Positions 15,201 through 30,107 of a DNA stretch of 64,000 nt are shown here, one piece after another. Every line of letters starts with the position of its first letter. Positions within the stretch are counted from its first letter, which is position 1. The stretch is from Chrysomallon squamiferum (lineage: Eukaryota; Animalia; Mollusca), in NCBI GenBank assembly GCA_012295275.1, contig CM022679.1:27900001-27964000 (forward strand), given 5' to 3'. A model generated the notes under the pieces. That model did no database searches. It was not told the DNA's origin and was given only the letters and a program-made list of their open reading frames with translations. A program made the position numbers and the translations under genes.

Positions 15201-16734
15201 TAGACGCTTGTAAAACACTTTTTAAACTGTCCTGTGCATCGACGTGTCTTTTTAGGCCAGGCAAATTTCACAAGTGTTTTTCAGACTTACAGAAAGTTGT
15301 AACTAATCACGTTTTATCATTTCTAGTCTGTCAATTAGACCGCGCTTGTCACATGCACAATTACATCTTTTTTGTTTCTATCCTGCTGCTTACTTTTTTA
15401 TATTCATTAGACCCTCTGTTTGTTCTGCTAGACCGAGTTTTTTTTCACTTGTGATATATCTGGTATTATTATCCTTCACATGTAAACTGTTTGTATATAA
15501 AAAAAAAATAATAATATAAACGTAATTTGGTTTTGAGTCCCGCTGATAGAATTAATATCTCATTTGTTTCCTATCTGCATTTTCTTGTCACTCGAACCTG
15601 CGTCTTTCTTACAGGCTCAAGATACACATTGAGATAAGCAAATTCATTTTTATCTTCTAATTAGTGGCACTGTCTTGCACATGGTTACCATGGTTTCATT
15701 TCGCTCGGAAATCAGTTACGAAGCTCCTAAAACAAGTGATGTCTGTGGTTATCATTTGACCAATCAAATTGCTGGAAACACAGAGATACTGGCTACTGTA
15801 ACATCTCTGTCGTTCAGCTTCTAAGCAGCTCATAAAGTATTGGATGTCGAGGCCCACTGCTGTAAATACGTTCACTGAGGCCAAGTTTAGGCGAAGCAGC
15901 GCGGTTATCTCTGTTAATCAATCCCAGCCAACACACACAGGCGATTTCCCGCGCTTTCCCTTATCAGCCAGACCGGAAGACGTAAATCAAGACAAAAAAT
16001 AGAGTTGTCTCCCTTATGGTTTTATATTCCGGAAGAAATGGAGATGCCAGCCAGAAAAATCTTTGAAAACAGAAAACCTAAGTTAGCAGACTTGTTTAAA
16101 AATATATAATACTTTTGTTAGCTATTATGTGTTAAAAATACTACTAACACTACAACTGTTAATACCAACTTGACTATTACAACAACTAATACAACTATCT
16201 ATACTATAACCACTACTACCATCTGTGTTACTACAACTGTTACTTTAGCAACAATATTACTATTAATGCTACTCTACTATTATTACAACAACAAATTACT
16301 ACTACTATGCTACTCATGCCACTATTACTACTGCAACCAGTATGACTACAGCTGATGCTACAATCACAACAGTTATTATTGCTTTTGTCGTAGTTATCGA
16401 TGTACTACTATTAAATGTGAAAACAAGATACAAAAAAGCTTATTTATGGATCTCGCTGTCACATTCAATGCGTTATTTTCTACTAAAGAAAAAATGCTAA
16501 ATAATTTACGAGCGAGCTAATTTCCCATCATAATTTAATTTCCGTCAGATTGCCGTTTTAACTGTGTTAGAGTCTTAGAGAGGACAGTGTGAGAAACTCG
16601 CATTAACAGTCGTATTTCGATTTATTAAACACATTTAGCACACCTCGTGTTGAAACCGAAGTAGAAGATCGAATTTCGATACACGAGAGGCACCTACAGA
16701 TTTATTCACTGGTTAGAAAAAATCACAGTAGAAC

Positions 16735-16813
<79 letters not shown>

Positions 16814-16860
16814 GGATAGACGGACAGACAGATTTATAGACAAATATACAGATAGACAGA

Positions 16861-16891
<31 letters not shown>

Positions 16892-18801
16892 TTCGATAGA
16901 TAAATGGTTATATAAATAAGTAAATAAATACATATGTATATAAATAAACAAAGAAAAGAAAGAAAGAAAGACCAATAAAGATAGAACGAAGGAATAAAAA
17001 ATAATGACGAATAAACAAAGTTGTCTGTCTGTAAGTCAGTCTCTCCGTTTTATTTGTGTCCATGATACATTCTTTTTTCATCTTCCCTCCATCAATCTAT
17101 CAATCAATATATTTTCTATCCGTCTGTCTCTCCAATTACAAATTGTTTTCTCCAAGTTGCTATAAAATCGTCTTTACCTTTTCTTTCTATTCTTTTAACT
17201 ATCCCCATCATTCCCGAAACGTGATTAAAAAGAAAACTTGTTGGTGGAGAAGCGATACGCATCAGAGGACAAATTAAACTGCTTGTCACACCGTGTGACC
17301 AAGTCAAAGAGGAATTCAGCCGCAGTTTAGCTGCCGTCTAGCAGGCAGCGTCTCTCTAAGACTCTGGGAATGGTCAGCGAGAGGTAATTGAGTTAGTAGA
17401 TGTGAATTGACGTTAGGAGAAGACTGAACAGACGTTAGCGTACGGATCTGAGATTTCCGAGAAGTCGTAATGTAATAACGTTGTTCTCTCACTTTGCGTG
17501 TTATTTCACACTCAGAGTCAACAAGTGCTGCCACGTCGCAGCAGCTGTCGCTGTTGTTGTGGTTGTTGATATCTGAAACACTTAGACCTTGGATCATCAA
17601 CAAATTGGTATTTATGGCGTTACAAAAGTTTACTGTAGTTATTGTAATTAATATTTAAAATTTACATCATCAATTATGACGTGCTAGAGCTTTTTGGCGT
17701 TTTGGTAGTTGTTCATACAGTGCTGATGAAGTGAAACAACATTAAATGTTGTTGTTATTGTTGTTGTTGTAGTTGCTGGCTCTCTTTGCTCACTTGAATG
17801 CGATCATCGGCGAAGAGGACGACTTCAAATTGTGCTGTTGTCCGTGTTGTTGATTCTCTGATCGGAATTTTTGAAGAGATGTAAGTAGTTAATAATTTAT
17901 AACAGAATATCAACACAATTGTCGTTGAGACAAGGACTCTGTATATTTAATTTTAATTTTCTCTCTTACAAATTCTTCTTTCTATTTTCTTTCTTTTCTC
18001 TTTCTCTTTTATTTTCTGATTTCATGTACAACACTTTGAGTGTATTTTTTTTCACTTTTAGTTAATCGAATCGTATTGCATCTGTTATAGACGAAAACTT
18101 ATTATTTAATACATACATTTTACATACAGAAATACACGCGCGCGCACAAACACACACATATTGTATATAGACAGACAGATAGATAGATTAGATAGATATA
18201 TAGCTAGATTAGATATATAGATAGATAGATAGATAAATAGACGGACAAATGGAGAGATATACAAAACAAAACAAATTGAAATAAAATAAAATAAAATATA
18301 AATAAATAAATAAATAAATAAAAACAAAAGAAAATATTTAAAATGTGTTGTTAAAGTAGAAGAAAAGGTTTGAAAAGACAAAACAAACTTTCTCACAGTC
18401 TCCTGGTCTCCCCTTAGAATACATACAGAATAGAAAGAATATTAAAACAGAAATTAATTATATTTTTAAAAAATGGAAAACAGAACAGTTAAATCGTGTT
18501 AAGGCACGTTTATTAACATTTTAATTATAACAATAAAATAAAAAGAACATATTTACAAATTTAATACACAACAACAACAACAACAACAGCAATAATAATA
18601 ATAATAATAATAATTTAAACCTTATTATAATCATTGTAAACTAATCGCATACTTATGACTGGGTTAAAACTGAATACTAAATTGGTTTATTTAACAAACA
18701 ATCTGTTATCACAATACTGAACTGTTTTTGAAAAAACAGACTTTTTAAATTTAAATTTCAGTTTATATGTTTATTTTACTTTATTTTACTTTATTTGTTT
18801 A

Positions 18802-18877
<76 letters not shown>

Positions 18878-19444
18878 TTTAATATAATTACTGTAGTTTA
18901 TGCCATTTAGTTATTGTGGTTTCTAGCTTTGGCCGTTTACTTTCAACATCAAGGAATATTTTGATAAGTATTACAACGAAAGAGAAAGGCGGATAGAATG
19001 GCCTATGATGGTCTAATGGGCTGACTGCAGCGGACAGATCCAGCTGGTCAGAGATCGCGGGAAATACTTGACTGATTTGTTGCTAATCCTACTAAGACTG
19101 AGGATGTTGTAATTTCCTACAAATCACAGCCATTAACAGATTAGTGTACACTGTTTTGTAAGTAAACGTTTGTAATGTTTCGTATATCTGAGTAATAATG
19201 AAGTATTTGAAAATCATTTCTTCCTTCTGGTTGAGCCGATAATGATGTTTTAAAACAGACGTACATTATCAAGTTTTGTACGAAATTCAACAAACTTGGT
19301 TTTTATTACATTTTAATACTTGAGATTTCCGTATCATAGAAATAGTTGCACAAACACTCAGACAAACAAACAAACAAACAAACAAATAAATAAATAAACT
19401 ATAGTGTCCTTTGATTTTGTCTTATTATTGATGTTGTAGTCGTT

Positions 19445-19511
<67 letters not shown>

Positions 19512-20203
19512 CATCATCATTATTATTATTATCATTATTATTATGTATTTGTTTGGTCTTTTTTGTTTGTTTACTTATTTTCTTATTTATTTACGTATTT
19601 GTTGTTTTATTTATTGTTTTATTTATTTTTGTATGACAGTCATATATTTAAATGTGTCTTTTATTTTGTAATATATTCTAATTCTCTGTTTCACACATAT
19701 AATAATTTATTTTACGTCATTATTTTCTATTTTTGTACTTCACAAACGTGTATCACATGATACATGTGTCATATATTACAAGCATATTACACATGTTTTC
19801 ACAAACTTATAATCAATCACATGATACATATCTACTTGTGTCTATTTATTAACATATATTACATAACAATTTCATTTACTTTATATTTATATAATTTTTC
19901 TTGTTTATTGACGTGTCTCTACTGTGACTAGAAAACGTTAAAGTCCCTGTCACGAAGTTTACAAAATAACAAAAATTAAACATATTAATTTAACAGCGAG
20001 AGAAACAATGAAACTCAGCCCTAAGTATTTAAATATCATCAATGTTCAGCTGCCCATTTTTTCCGCAAGCCACTGTCAGTTATCATTATACGTGTCTTTG
20101 GGCGTGTGTCTCTCTGTCTGTATCTAAAAATGTAACTTATTTCAAAATGAACTTTTTTCAGCTGAGACATTTTAAGACAGCGTTTTTGTAACTGTACATT
20201 GGT

Positions 20204-20382
20204 TAGTAACTTAGTTAAACGTCTTTCAGTTGTCATTTAGTGTTCAGCTGATAGATAGTCACTGTCTGAGTTCTGCTGTTAAAATATTTTATTTGACATC
20301 CGTGGGTTTACGCTCCATGTTAGGCAGACCGTGTTTCATTTATTGACGTCATCATTTTGTTTTTTTGGTATCCAGGAAACCG
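20204..20382 (+). repeat. Left arm of a ~180-bp long-range inverted repeat
   Basis: Reverse complement of 23364-23539, e.g. tagtaacttagttaaacgtcttt / aaagacgtttaactaagttacta. Confidence 0.9.
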
Positions 20383-22714
20383 ACGTGAGTATATAAACTC
20401 GTAATAAACTAAACGCTCTTAATTTCCTATCATTTCTAAAGTTCTGATTAACTTTTATCATCTCATAGGCAGACTGAAACAGTTTGATGGTTTATTTATG
20501 AATGTGTAAACACTTTATGTTGAAAATATCATATTTCTTCATCATATGCAAATTATCCAATAAGAGAAGAAAAAGGTTTTGAACGTTGAAATGAATTATG
20601 ATATGGATTAGCATTAACAATTAATAAAGTATAAATGTGATTTAATTATGACAACTGACGAAACGACCATCATCCATGGTTCTAACAAAACTTGGAGTTA
20701 TTAGAATTCAGTCGACTATACCAAATCAATTATCAACTGGCTCGACTCATCAAAGCTGGCTGCAAATATTTGCTAGCAGTGTTTGCATTGCTACTAGTAT
20801 TTCCAATACACAGTTCAATAAATGTTTATACTGCAATACCAGCTCCCTTAATGCATTATAAATTGATCATTTAAATTCTGACGTGTGATAACTAATGTTT
20901 GCATGAACTATACGAAGCCATATCCGCGTCTTTGTGCGACCGTTCACATTCGTGATTGACAACAGTCATGCAAGGAATACAACAAGCGACCACAATGGCC
21001 GAATTGTAAAGAGGAAACCCGCGTATGAGTCTGGAGGAAATAAAACAGTTTTCCATTGTCCGCCAGGCTGGCAAGGGCTTGTGTAAGAACTTTAAATAAA
21101 CTCCGCTGTCGTGTGCCAAACACACGTAAGTGCTGTCGTTTGATTCTCCGCGTTCTCGAGTATTTCACAACCAGTAAAAGAGAATAACAAAGACTGGATT
21201 GTACAATCTTGTCGTATGCACAGCTTTAACACCGTTTCTCTCCAGCAGCCTGTTATTTACTCATCTGACCAAACAGAACCTGAGCTATTTTTTCTTCTCT
21301 ATTTTTTCAATCATTATTATTGCTTTTGAAAGAACAAATAAAGAAAATATGAGGTAAATATAAAATCAATATTAATTTTCTATTACCTATATATGTATTT
21401 ATATATGAAAATGTCTCTATTTATGTGTATATATGTACGTACGTAGGGTGCGTGTTCGTAAGTGTGTATGCGCAAGTAAATGTAAGAACGTTGTGTTTAC
21501 CTATTGTGTTAAATCTATTAGTACACGACAACTGTAAAGTAGTGGTGTGTTCAGGCTAAAATAATTTTCAAGGTGAGGGAGACTGAAAGTTGATGACGAG
21601 TCAGAAAAAAATGAAGAGAAATCTGTTGTTGAAATCATCTGTCCACAAAGTTCATAATATCTAAGGACAAATCAGGTCTTGAGTTTCAAAACACTTCACG
21701 AACCAGCAGTGAAAAACAATTAAAATATCGATAATATAAACACATTATTCTCAAGTGATAGCTGAATAATTGTACAGCACGTGCGAGATCCAGTGTGAAT
21801 TTACTACTATTACAGCTGAACGTGTAAGTGTTTGTTAATGAGTAGTGACAGACTGTCAGGAATAGTGACAAGTATTAGTAAAACCAGTGTGAGATCACTT
21901 TTGACGGTTGGATGTACGGATGTATCGAGTGACGACTGACGAATATCTCGATGCACACGTGAAAGAGAAATGAGTGACTCATACAAACATCACAGAGCTG
22001 AATAGTTTAGACATCCCTGTTGTAGAAGACGATTAATGACACGAACTGAAAACGTCTGAGGTTCTGCAAGGAAAAAGATCAGCAGATTGTTGTACAATGT
22101 AAAATGAGTCAATTCTTAGCTGAGTCAATTCAAAACATGCACCTAGATAACGAATCTAAACACTTTTCATCCCGAGGCAACAAGTATGACACTTTTTTTG
22201 ACTTTGACAATCTCCCTGCAGCATTCCTCATCATAATACCCAGTCCTAATCTTAATAGTACTCACCTCAAACAAAACGTTTGTGTATTAAATTACATACA
22301 AAGTGTATGCCAAGCATTTTAGTTTTGTTTAAATTGACTTTGAACAATTTATTTAAAAAAATGATTTTGGTTTTTTATTTATTTATGTGTGGGTTATAAT
22401 TACTCATAAAAAAAATATATTTCTAACCACAAAGTGAGCTTCTGTTATTTTTCCGTTTAGAAATTAAATTGTATTTTACAAGTTAAACCTCCATTTGCAT
22501 GTTAAATTTCTCTCTATAAATTAAACTTGTCTTTAGAAATTAAAATCCTATTTGCAAATTGAATTTCACTTTACATGTTAAGTTTCTGCTCATAAGATAA
22601 ACTCTTTTTCACAGGTCTACTCTTATTTACCAGTGTAAAGCTGGTGTTAGCTGCTTCACAGTTAATTGTTATTTAGTAGTTTACTGAGGTTTACTAGTTC
22701 AGCGTGATTTACGA

Positions 22715-23020
22715 GTTAACTGTTGTTTATAAGTTAATTGTTGTTTACAAGTTCAACTGTTGTTTACAAGTTCAGCTATTGTTTACAAGTTCAACTGTTG
22801 TTTACAAGTTCAACTGTTGTTTACAAGTTCAGCTGTTGTTTACAAGTTCAGCTATTGTTTACAAGTTCAACTATTGTTTACAAGTTCAACTATTGTTTAC
22901 AAGTTAACTGTTGTTTACAAGTTCAACTATTGTTTACAAGTTCAACTGTTGTTTACAAGTTCAACTATTGTTTACAAGTTCAACTGTTGTTTACAAGTTC
23001 AGCTATTGTTTACAAGTTGT
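22715..23020. repeat. 19-bp minisatellite (gttcaactgttgtttacaa), ~15 copies
   Basis: Direct tandem units. It explains three overlapping repeat ORFs at 22704-23284. Confidence 0.95.
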
Positions 23021-23363
23021 ACAAAGTTGAATAGTTCTGATTTCCACAAGCGCAGGTTTGTTTATCGAGGAAGTCCGCCCATTACACGAAGGTCTGCCGG
23101 AAAGGCAGTGTTTAATTCGAAATCAAGACACAGGTCGATAATCTCCGAAGGCGAAAAACGTTCAGCGATTATGTGTATCAAACAGCCACGCAAAGAACAA
23201 TTCACAGATAATGGGAAGTTTCGCGATCACCTGACCGCGACACTGGCTGGCGCCAGACCAAAGGCAAATGCAATCTGCCTGTGAGTGCGGAGACTTGATA
23301 CGAAGTTAATTGTGTGTGTGTGTGTGTTACAGCTTCTCCAACTTGCTCGCCTCCAGTGCTGGA

Positions 23364-23539
23364 CGGTTTCCTGGATACAAAAACAAAATCATGACGTCAA
23401 TAAACGTAACACCATCTGCCTAATATGGAGAGTAAACACACTGATGTCAAATAAAATATTTTTAGGGCAGAAAACAGACAGTGACTATCTATCAGCTGAA
23501 CACTAAATGACAACTCAAAGACGTTTAACTAAGTTACTA
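23364..23539 (-). repeat. Right arm of a ~180-bp long-range inverted repeat
   Basis: Reverse complement of 20204-20382. Confidence 0.9.
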
Positions 23540-23615
23540 TGATCTCAGTGATATCAGTAAAATGCCATTCGCGTTAAAAAATGAAAATCAATAAAAAGAT
23601 CAGGACAAAACTCAA

Positions 23616-23685
<70 letters not shown>

Positions 23686-25354
23686 GTCTTATAAAAGAAA
23701 TAAAGAAAAATAGAAATAAAAATATCAGCAACAGAAATAGAAATTATCTGAGCATAGTGACATTTTAAGGCTGTGATATCAGTTCACGTTGAGTAATATT
23801 TTATTTTTTATTTTTCAAAGATAATGACGATCTTTGACTTAGAATAAACCGCAGTGTAACTTATAATAATTAAAATAAAACAACATGTACTGATGATGTT
23901 TTATATTCTTAAAAACCTGGGAGATAAAAAAGGGATTTGGAAACAATATGAAATATTATTAGCAGAATCGTGTGTTAAATATATTGTATTAGTGTACTCA
24001 GATTAGTGAGATATTTCTCAATGAATGACTATTTTCATGTGAACAGTTATTAAACACAACATTTTCTTTGTTTGTGTTGTTTTTGTACTTATTTCAATTC
24101 TGTAATAATTATGAAAGAACAACAAAATAAAATCCCCGTAAAAGATAGAAAAAAAGAAAAAAAGAAAGAAAAAAAAGGAAAGGAAAAATAAAGGCAAGAC
24201 TTCCCTATTATACAGTTAGCATCAAATGTTCTTTTATGTACACATTTTCATACATGCAAATGAATCAAATGGCACTGGTTAGAACTGTAAATAACTGATG
24301 GCAGGTGGAACAGATGAGAAAACCACTGGTTAGATGTGAACGAATGACTTCATTAAAAGTTTCATTTCTGAGGCGATTTACAACGTCTGTGATGATGATG
24401 ATTTTTTAGACACCAACTACTGCATCGTGTCTCTAATTTTGACAGAACAGTTCCGGCGTAAGACACGAAGTAGTAGACGTCTGCACTGTGATTACAAAGC
24501 TGAACTCGAATTCGGAAATGAGACGTTTAAAGTACGAAAAGAGTATTTTTAGCTGCATTTACGTGAAATCTGAACTAAATTTTATTTTTAAATTATAATT
24601 TTGTTTTAAATTAATTAATTAATTAATTTATTTATTTATTCTAAAAATATATATAAAAAATACCTTTACTTTTGGTTTTTTAGTCATTTTTACGTTTTTT
24701 GTTTGATTTTTGTTGTTGATGATGATAACAAATAAAACACAGTCTAATTAATTATAAAGAAAATAATCATAATAATGATGATAATGATAAATAAAATAAA
24801 AATAAAGGTGATAATGATAATTATAAAGAAAATAATGGTGACAGTTATAAATATAATGAAGATAATACTGATAATTATGAATATAATGAAGAGAATGGTG
24901 ATATTTAGAAACATAATGAAGATAGAAAGGATACTTATTAATATAAAGCTACTGCGTTTCCTTTTCTGCCAAGTATACCAAAATTGTAGAAATAGACATT
25001 GCGCACTCGGCTGACATTCTTTTTTCGCTCGAACTGAGAGTCCAACGTAATGTCGATCACCAGCACCGTCTGTACTCCCCGTCAACCTAATAAAATCTGG
25101 CCATTCTCAGACAAAATATTAAACATAAAAGTATGAATTGAATGCTTAACTGACTTATATAGCGGCGGCTGTACACGTAAACGAATTTCACGGAGGATAT
25201 GGGTAATATTTGTTGCGTCTGGATACGTGATGAAATTAAAGCAAACCGTTCTTTTGTCACGGAGGACAGAGAAAATGGCGTGACCCCATTCCAGGTCACT
25301 TCAGTGAGAAATTTTACTGATTATCATTATCAGCTTCCTCACGTTTCATTAACT

Positions 25355-25454
<100 letters not shown>

Positions 25455-26204
25455 GTGTCTGTCTGTCTGTTTCTTACTGTCTCTGTCTGTCTCTGTCTCT
25501 CTCTCTTTCTCTCTGTCTGTCTCTCTCCCTGTCTCTCTCTATGTCTGTCTGTCTCTTACTGTCTCTGTCTGTCTCTCTAGCTGTCTCTCTCTCTCTGTCT
25601 CTCTCTCTCTTTCTCTCTCTCTGTGTCTGTCTGTCTGTTTCTTACTGTCTCTGTCTGTCTCTGTCTCTCTCTCTTTCTCTCTCTCTGTCTCTCTCTATGT
25701 CTGTCTGTCTCTTACTGTCTCTGTCTGTCTGTCTCTCTCTCTGTGACATATGCAGACACTCATCTACTGAACTAAACAAACAATTGAGAACAAATATCTA
25801 GGATCAAACTATGCATTTTAAACTTTCATAAAGGATATGCTAATTTATATATGCAAAAAATAGTACTAAACGAAACGAAACACTTAAAAAAAAAAAAAAA
25901 TTAAATTTAAAAACCTAAGAAGAAAGAGAAAAGTTTGTCTAGAAATGAAAGTTAAAAGACATAAAATAAAAAATAAGAAAAAGGAACGTGGCATTTGTGT
26001 AGTTAATTTAATCTGCACTAAACCAGGAAGACTTTTTATATTTTATTACCAGGAAGCATGTTTTTCTCTTCTACTATACATTGATACTTTTTTCAAAGCC
26101 GCAGTTCTGATATATGAAGTCAACAAATTATAAGTAAAGTGAATTTACGAATAGAAATTTCAACCAAGATGCTAATAAATAATATTAACAACAACAACAA
26201 CAAC

Positions 26205-26297
<93 letters not shown>

Positions 26298-26352
26298 TGT
26301 AGTAGTAGTAGTAGTTGTAGTAGTTGTAGTAGTAATGGAGTAGTAATAGTAA

Positions 26353-26394
<42 letters not shown>

Positions 26395-27436
26395 CAGAAG
26401 TAGCAATAGCAATGGTAGGAGTAAAGTAGTAGTAGTTGTTGTAGTAGTAGTTGTAGTAGTAGAGTAGTAGTAGTAATATTAGTAGTAGAGGCAGTAGTAG
26501 TAGATGTTGTAGTATTGGTCGTGGTCTGTATATCTGTATAATTGTCAACCTTATAAAAATAGCGATGATACTCAAATGACGATTAACGTACATGGTTTTC
26601 CTTCACTGCCAGTTTTCTGGGTGTTTTCTTTCTTTCTTTTTTTTTATTTATTTTTTTTTTATTTATTTTTTTTTTTTTTTTCTCGGGGATCTGAGAACTG
26701 CAAGGTTCTCTCTTCGTTAGTACTGTCTTTGCCTTTTTGTTCACTTTGCATATTTTGGGTTTCTCTGTATTTTGTAAGATCTATTCCTACCTGAGTTAAT
26801 GAGACATCTCTACCAGTGCAGTTAACGATGATCAGCTAATGTCCACGTGACCGCTATTTATATTTAATAATACTGCAGAATACAAATGTCAAACGATTAT
26901 CACATGGTAATCAAAATTACCATCATCGTTATTAAAAATCACTTCTAAGAAACTCTTGTAACAAACTATTATTACAGATATTTAAATTGTTTCACTAGTC
27001 TTCATGATCCCAGTCACTGTGCAGTCACCTTGTTTACTGTTCTTATAACTGTCACAACAAATACAGATTCTTGTACTTTAGGTTTCAAAGGTCATGAAGT
27101 CAAACTCATATTTGTTAGAAACCCAGCGTTATCCTCTTCTCTACTTGGTTTTTAATCTTTCTTCTATCAGTGTTATCATTAGCGGCAAATGTGCATGTTT
27201 TGAAGTTATTCTTTTCTTTCATGCCACCTCTTTTCAGTGGTTTGGAAAAGTTTTAATTTTCTCTGATGAAAATATGTATGTTTATATGTATGTGTATTTA
27301 TTTAGATATTAGTCTGAGAATCTCAGTATAAATCATTAAATCATTAAGTTTGTGTTTTCTTTTTCAGGTAAATGTTCATCATCTTACGTTAATCTACCAA
27401 CTGCAGATCCAGGCGAATTAAATCAGATTAAACAAC

Positions 27437-28558
27437 ATGGGGGATCGGCCAAGCGCATCGCTTGAAATAGAGCTTCTGATTCTGAGTACGCCACCAGTTG
27501 AAGCAATGACAACCAATGCCACAACAAGCAATGCCTCTTCAATGAATTTGGATACGGATGAATTCGAGCGGCTTGTAGGAATTATTGTACCAACGATATT
27601 CGGAATTATATTTTTACTGGGACTGGTAGGAAATCTGATGGTCATCATGGTGGTTGCCTCTGACAAACACATGAGGAACACAACGAATATTTTAATTCTC
27701 AGTCTCGCTACTGCGGATCTCCTATTTATTGTGTTTTGTGTACCTTTCACTGCGACAGGCTACGCCTTACCGTCTTGGCCATTTGGCAGGGACTGGTGCA
27801 AAATCGTCTACTATATGACCCACGTCTGCGCATACGCAAGTGTTTACACACTCGTTCTCATGTCTCTGGACCGCTACCTTGCAGTCGTGCACGCGTTAAG
27901 ATCCATGCACATCAGAAACGAGAAGAACACGTGGATGGCAGTGTTTCTCACATGGGGAGTAATTCTGTTAGGAAATATTCCTGTTGTCTTTTTTTATGAC
28001 TATTACGAATATGACCACCTCGGCGAAAATCGCTCGGTTTGTATCGATGTTAAGAGTATGAACAATCTGAAAGCAGGTCAGATTTTCCAACTCAGTTTTT
28101 TCGTGTTTGGTTACGCACTTCCGTTGGGCGTCGTTTGCTTGATGTACGGTCTCATGTTAAAACGACTTCTGTACGGCGTGGTGCCTGGAGGCGGGAACCA
28201 GTCTGCTGACAGCATTCGAGCTAAGAAGAGAGTTACCCGGATGGTAATCATTGTTGTGGTCATGTTTGCCGTCTGCTGGCTGCCGATACAAATTATTTTA
28301 ATTGCACAAAAATTCGAGATCTATCCGGGTGAGGTTCCGTTCGTTGGGATACTTATGGCGTCTAACTGTTTAGCGTACATGAACAGTTGTGTTAATCCTT
28401 TCCTTTACGCATTTCTGTCTGAAAATTTCAGAAGAAGTTTTCGAAAATTTATCTGTTGCTTTTCTGTGCCGAGAAAGACGGATTACGAAAGGACAAACAT
28501 TCGAGATAAAGATTCAAAAAGCACGTGTATGACACACACCACACTAAACCACGTGTGA
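27437..28558 (+). CDS. AstA-R: Allatostatin-A / galanin-type (buccalin-type) neuropeptide receptor, class A GPCR, 373 aa, intronless CDS
   Basis: Seven hydrophobic segments; GLVGN (TM1), LATADLLF (TM2), SLDRYLAVVH (DRY), CWLP (TM6) and NSCVNPFLYAFLSENFRRSF (TM7/H8), typical of AstA/galanin receptors. N-terminal N-glycosylation sequons NAT and NAS, and good start context acaacATGg. A 5'UTR splice acceptor ttttttcag ends at 27367. Confidence 0.92.
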   Translation: MGDRPSASLEIELLILSTPPVEAMTTNATTSNASSMNLDTDEFERLVGIIVPTIFGIIFLLGLVGNLMVIMVVASDKHMRNTTNILILSLATADLLFIVFCVPFTATGYALPSWPFGRDWCKIVYYMTHVCAYASVYTLVLMSLDRYLAVVHALRSMHIRNEKNTWMAVFLTWGVILLGNIPVVFFYDYYEYDHLGENRSVCIDVKSMNNLKAGQIFQLSFFVFGYALPLGVVCLMYGLMLKRLLYGVVPGGGNQSADSIRAKKRVTRMVIIVVVMFAVCWLPIQIILIAQKFEIYPGEVPFVGILMASNCLAYMNSCVNPFLYAFLSENFRRSFRKFICCFSVPRKTDYERTNIRDKDSKSTCMTHTTLNHV

Positions 28559-28729
28559 GTTTATTATATATGCAACGCGCATTGATGCGACACAAACTTC
28601 GCTCCTAGGTTTTGGACATCCAAAACTGACCACTAAACTGAGACACCAGTTTCAACACAGCACAGAGACCCGCTCACTAACAAACATAACAATCAAGCAA
28701 TGAACTTACAGAACAGGAAAAGAGAAAAT

Positions 28730-28781
<52 letters not shown>

Positions 28782-28837
28782 AATTAACACGAGGAGCAGC
28801 CCAAAAGACATTTAGTACGACATATACTGCGGTTATG

Positions 28838-28900
<63 letters not shown>

Positions 28901-29028
28901 ACAAACAAACAAACAAACAAACAAACAGAAAAGAACAAATCAATAAATAACTAAACAAATGAATAAATAAATAGTTAAAATGTAGCACTGCGCTTTGATC
29001 AGTGCTCGTCTCCTTATCTTCTAATGAA

Positions 29029-29085
<57 letters not shown>

Positions 29086-30007
29086 TTTTTTAAATTATTA
29101 TTAATATTAAGATATTTATCAAAGTACAAGACTAGATTTTCTTTGTATTATTTTTTTTCATCTTAAATTTCATTTCTCTGCCATTTAATTGCTAGCTGAC
29201 TGAACAGGAATGAGTCGCAAAGTCTACGTTTTCAAAAACTCATACATCATCGCGTGGCAAACTACTTTTCACTGCTCCTCGTATAGTTCACAGCATTGTG
29301 ACGTCATCGTTCAATTCCTGGATTCCAAAAGTGAAGATAAAGTAAATCTGATCAAGAGTAAACATGTAATGTTTTGTTGTTGTGTGTGACATTTAAATAT
29401 ACTTATGTACTTTACATGCATTTACATCGGCTGACATTGTGTATTTTACTTCAACTGATGTCGGCTGATATTGTGTGTTTTACATTAACTGGTTAGCGTT
29501 ATGTACTATACATAAATTTACAAGGGCTAATATAGTGTAATTTATAAAAATGTACATCGGCTGACATTGTGTATTTTACATAAATTTACACTGGTTAACA
29601 TTAAGTACTTTACATAAGGTTACGTTGACTAATAATGTTTGTTATAAGTTTACTATATCTAACAGTGTGTATGATACATAAAATTAGATTCCAAGCTGTA
29701 GTATTATTTACCAGATGTACATGTTATACGCTGTGATTTCCTTGGCACACGAACTGCTTGTCAACTTAAATAGGTTTGCTAGCTTTCAGACAGTCTGAAA
29801 ATTAATAATTACAATTTTTTTTTTCAGTAAATACTAAAGTGTCGCAGAATCTGATCAGGTTTAATATTGTTTTTCTGTTACTTCGAAAAGCAATAATGTT
29901 TTAGTCATAAAAATAGTAATCTAAAACAAACATTGGCTGAAAAGTCAAATAAATAAATTATAAGTGCAAAATGTTTTAGCTTAGCACAAATTACGTTTTT
30001 GATTAAT

Positions 30008-30107
<100 letters not shown>

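Noticed and set aside
22704-23284. 174-aa ORF and overlapping ORFs
   Set aside because: Mostly a 19-bp tandem repeat open in several frames; no recognisable protein.
27418-27999. Antisense and alternative-frame ORFs over the GPCRs (also 62079-62563)
   Set aside because: Shadow ORFs expected from codon bias of the true CDS.
28735-28777. 43-nt poly(A) after the intronless GPCR, suggesting a processed retrocopy
   Set aside because: The ORF is intact, a 5'UTR splice acceptor is present, no AATAAA or TSD is evident, and poly(A/T) tracts are common in this window.
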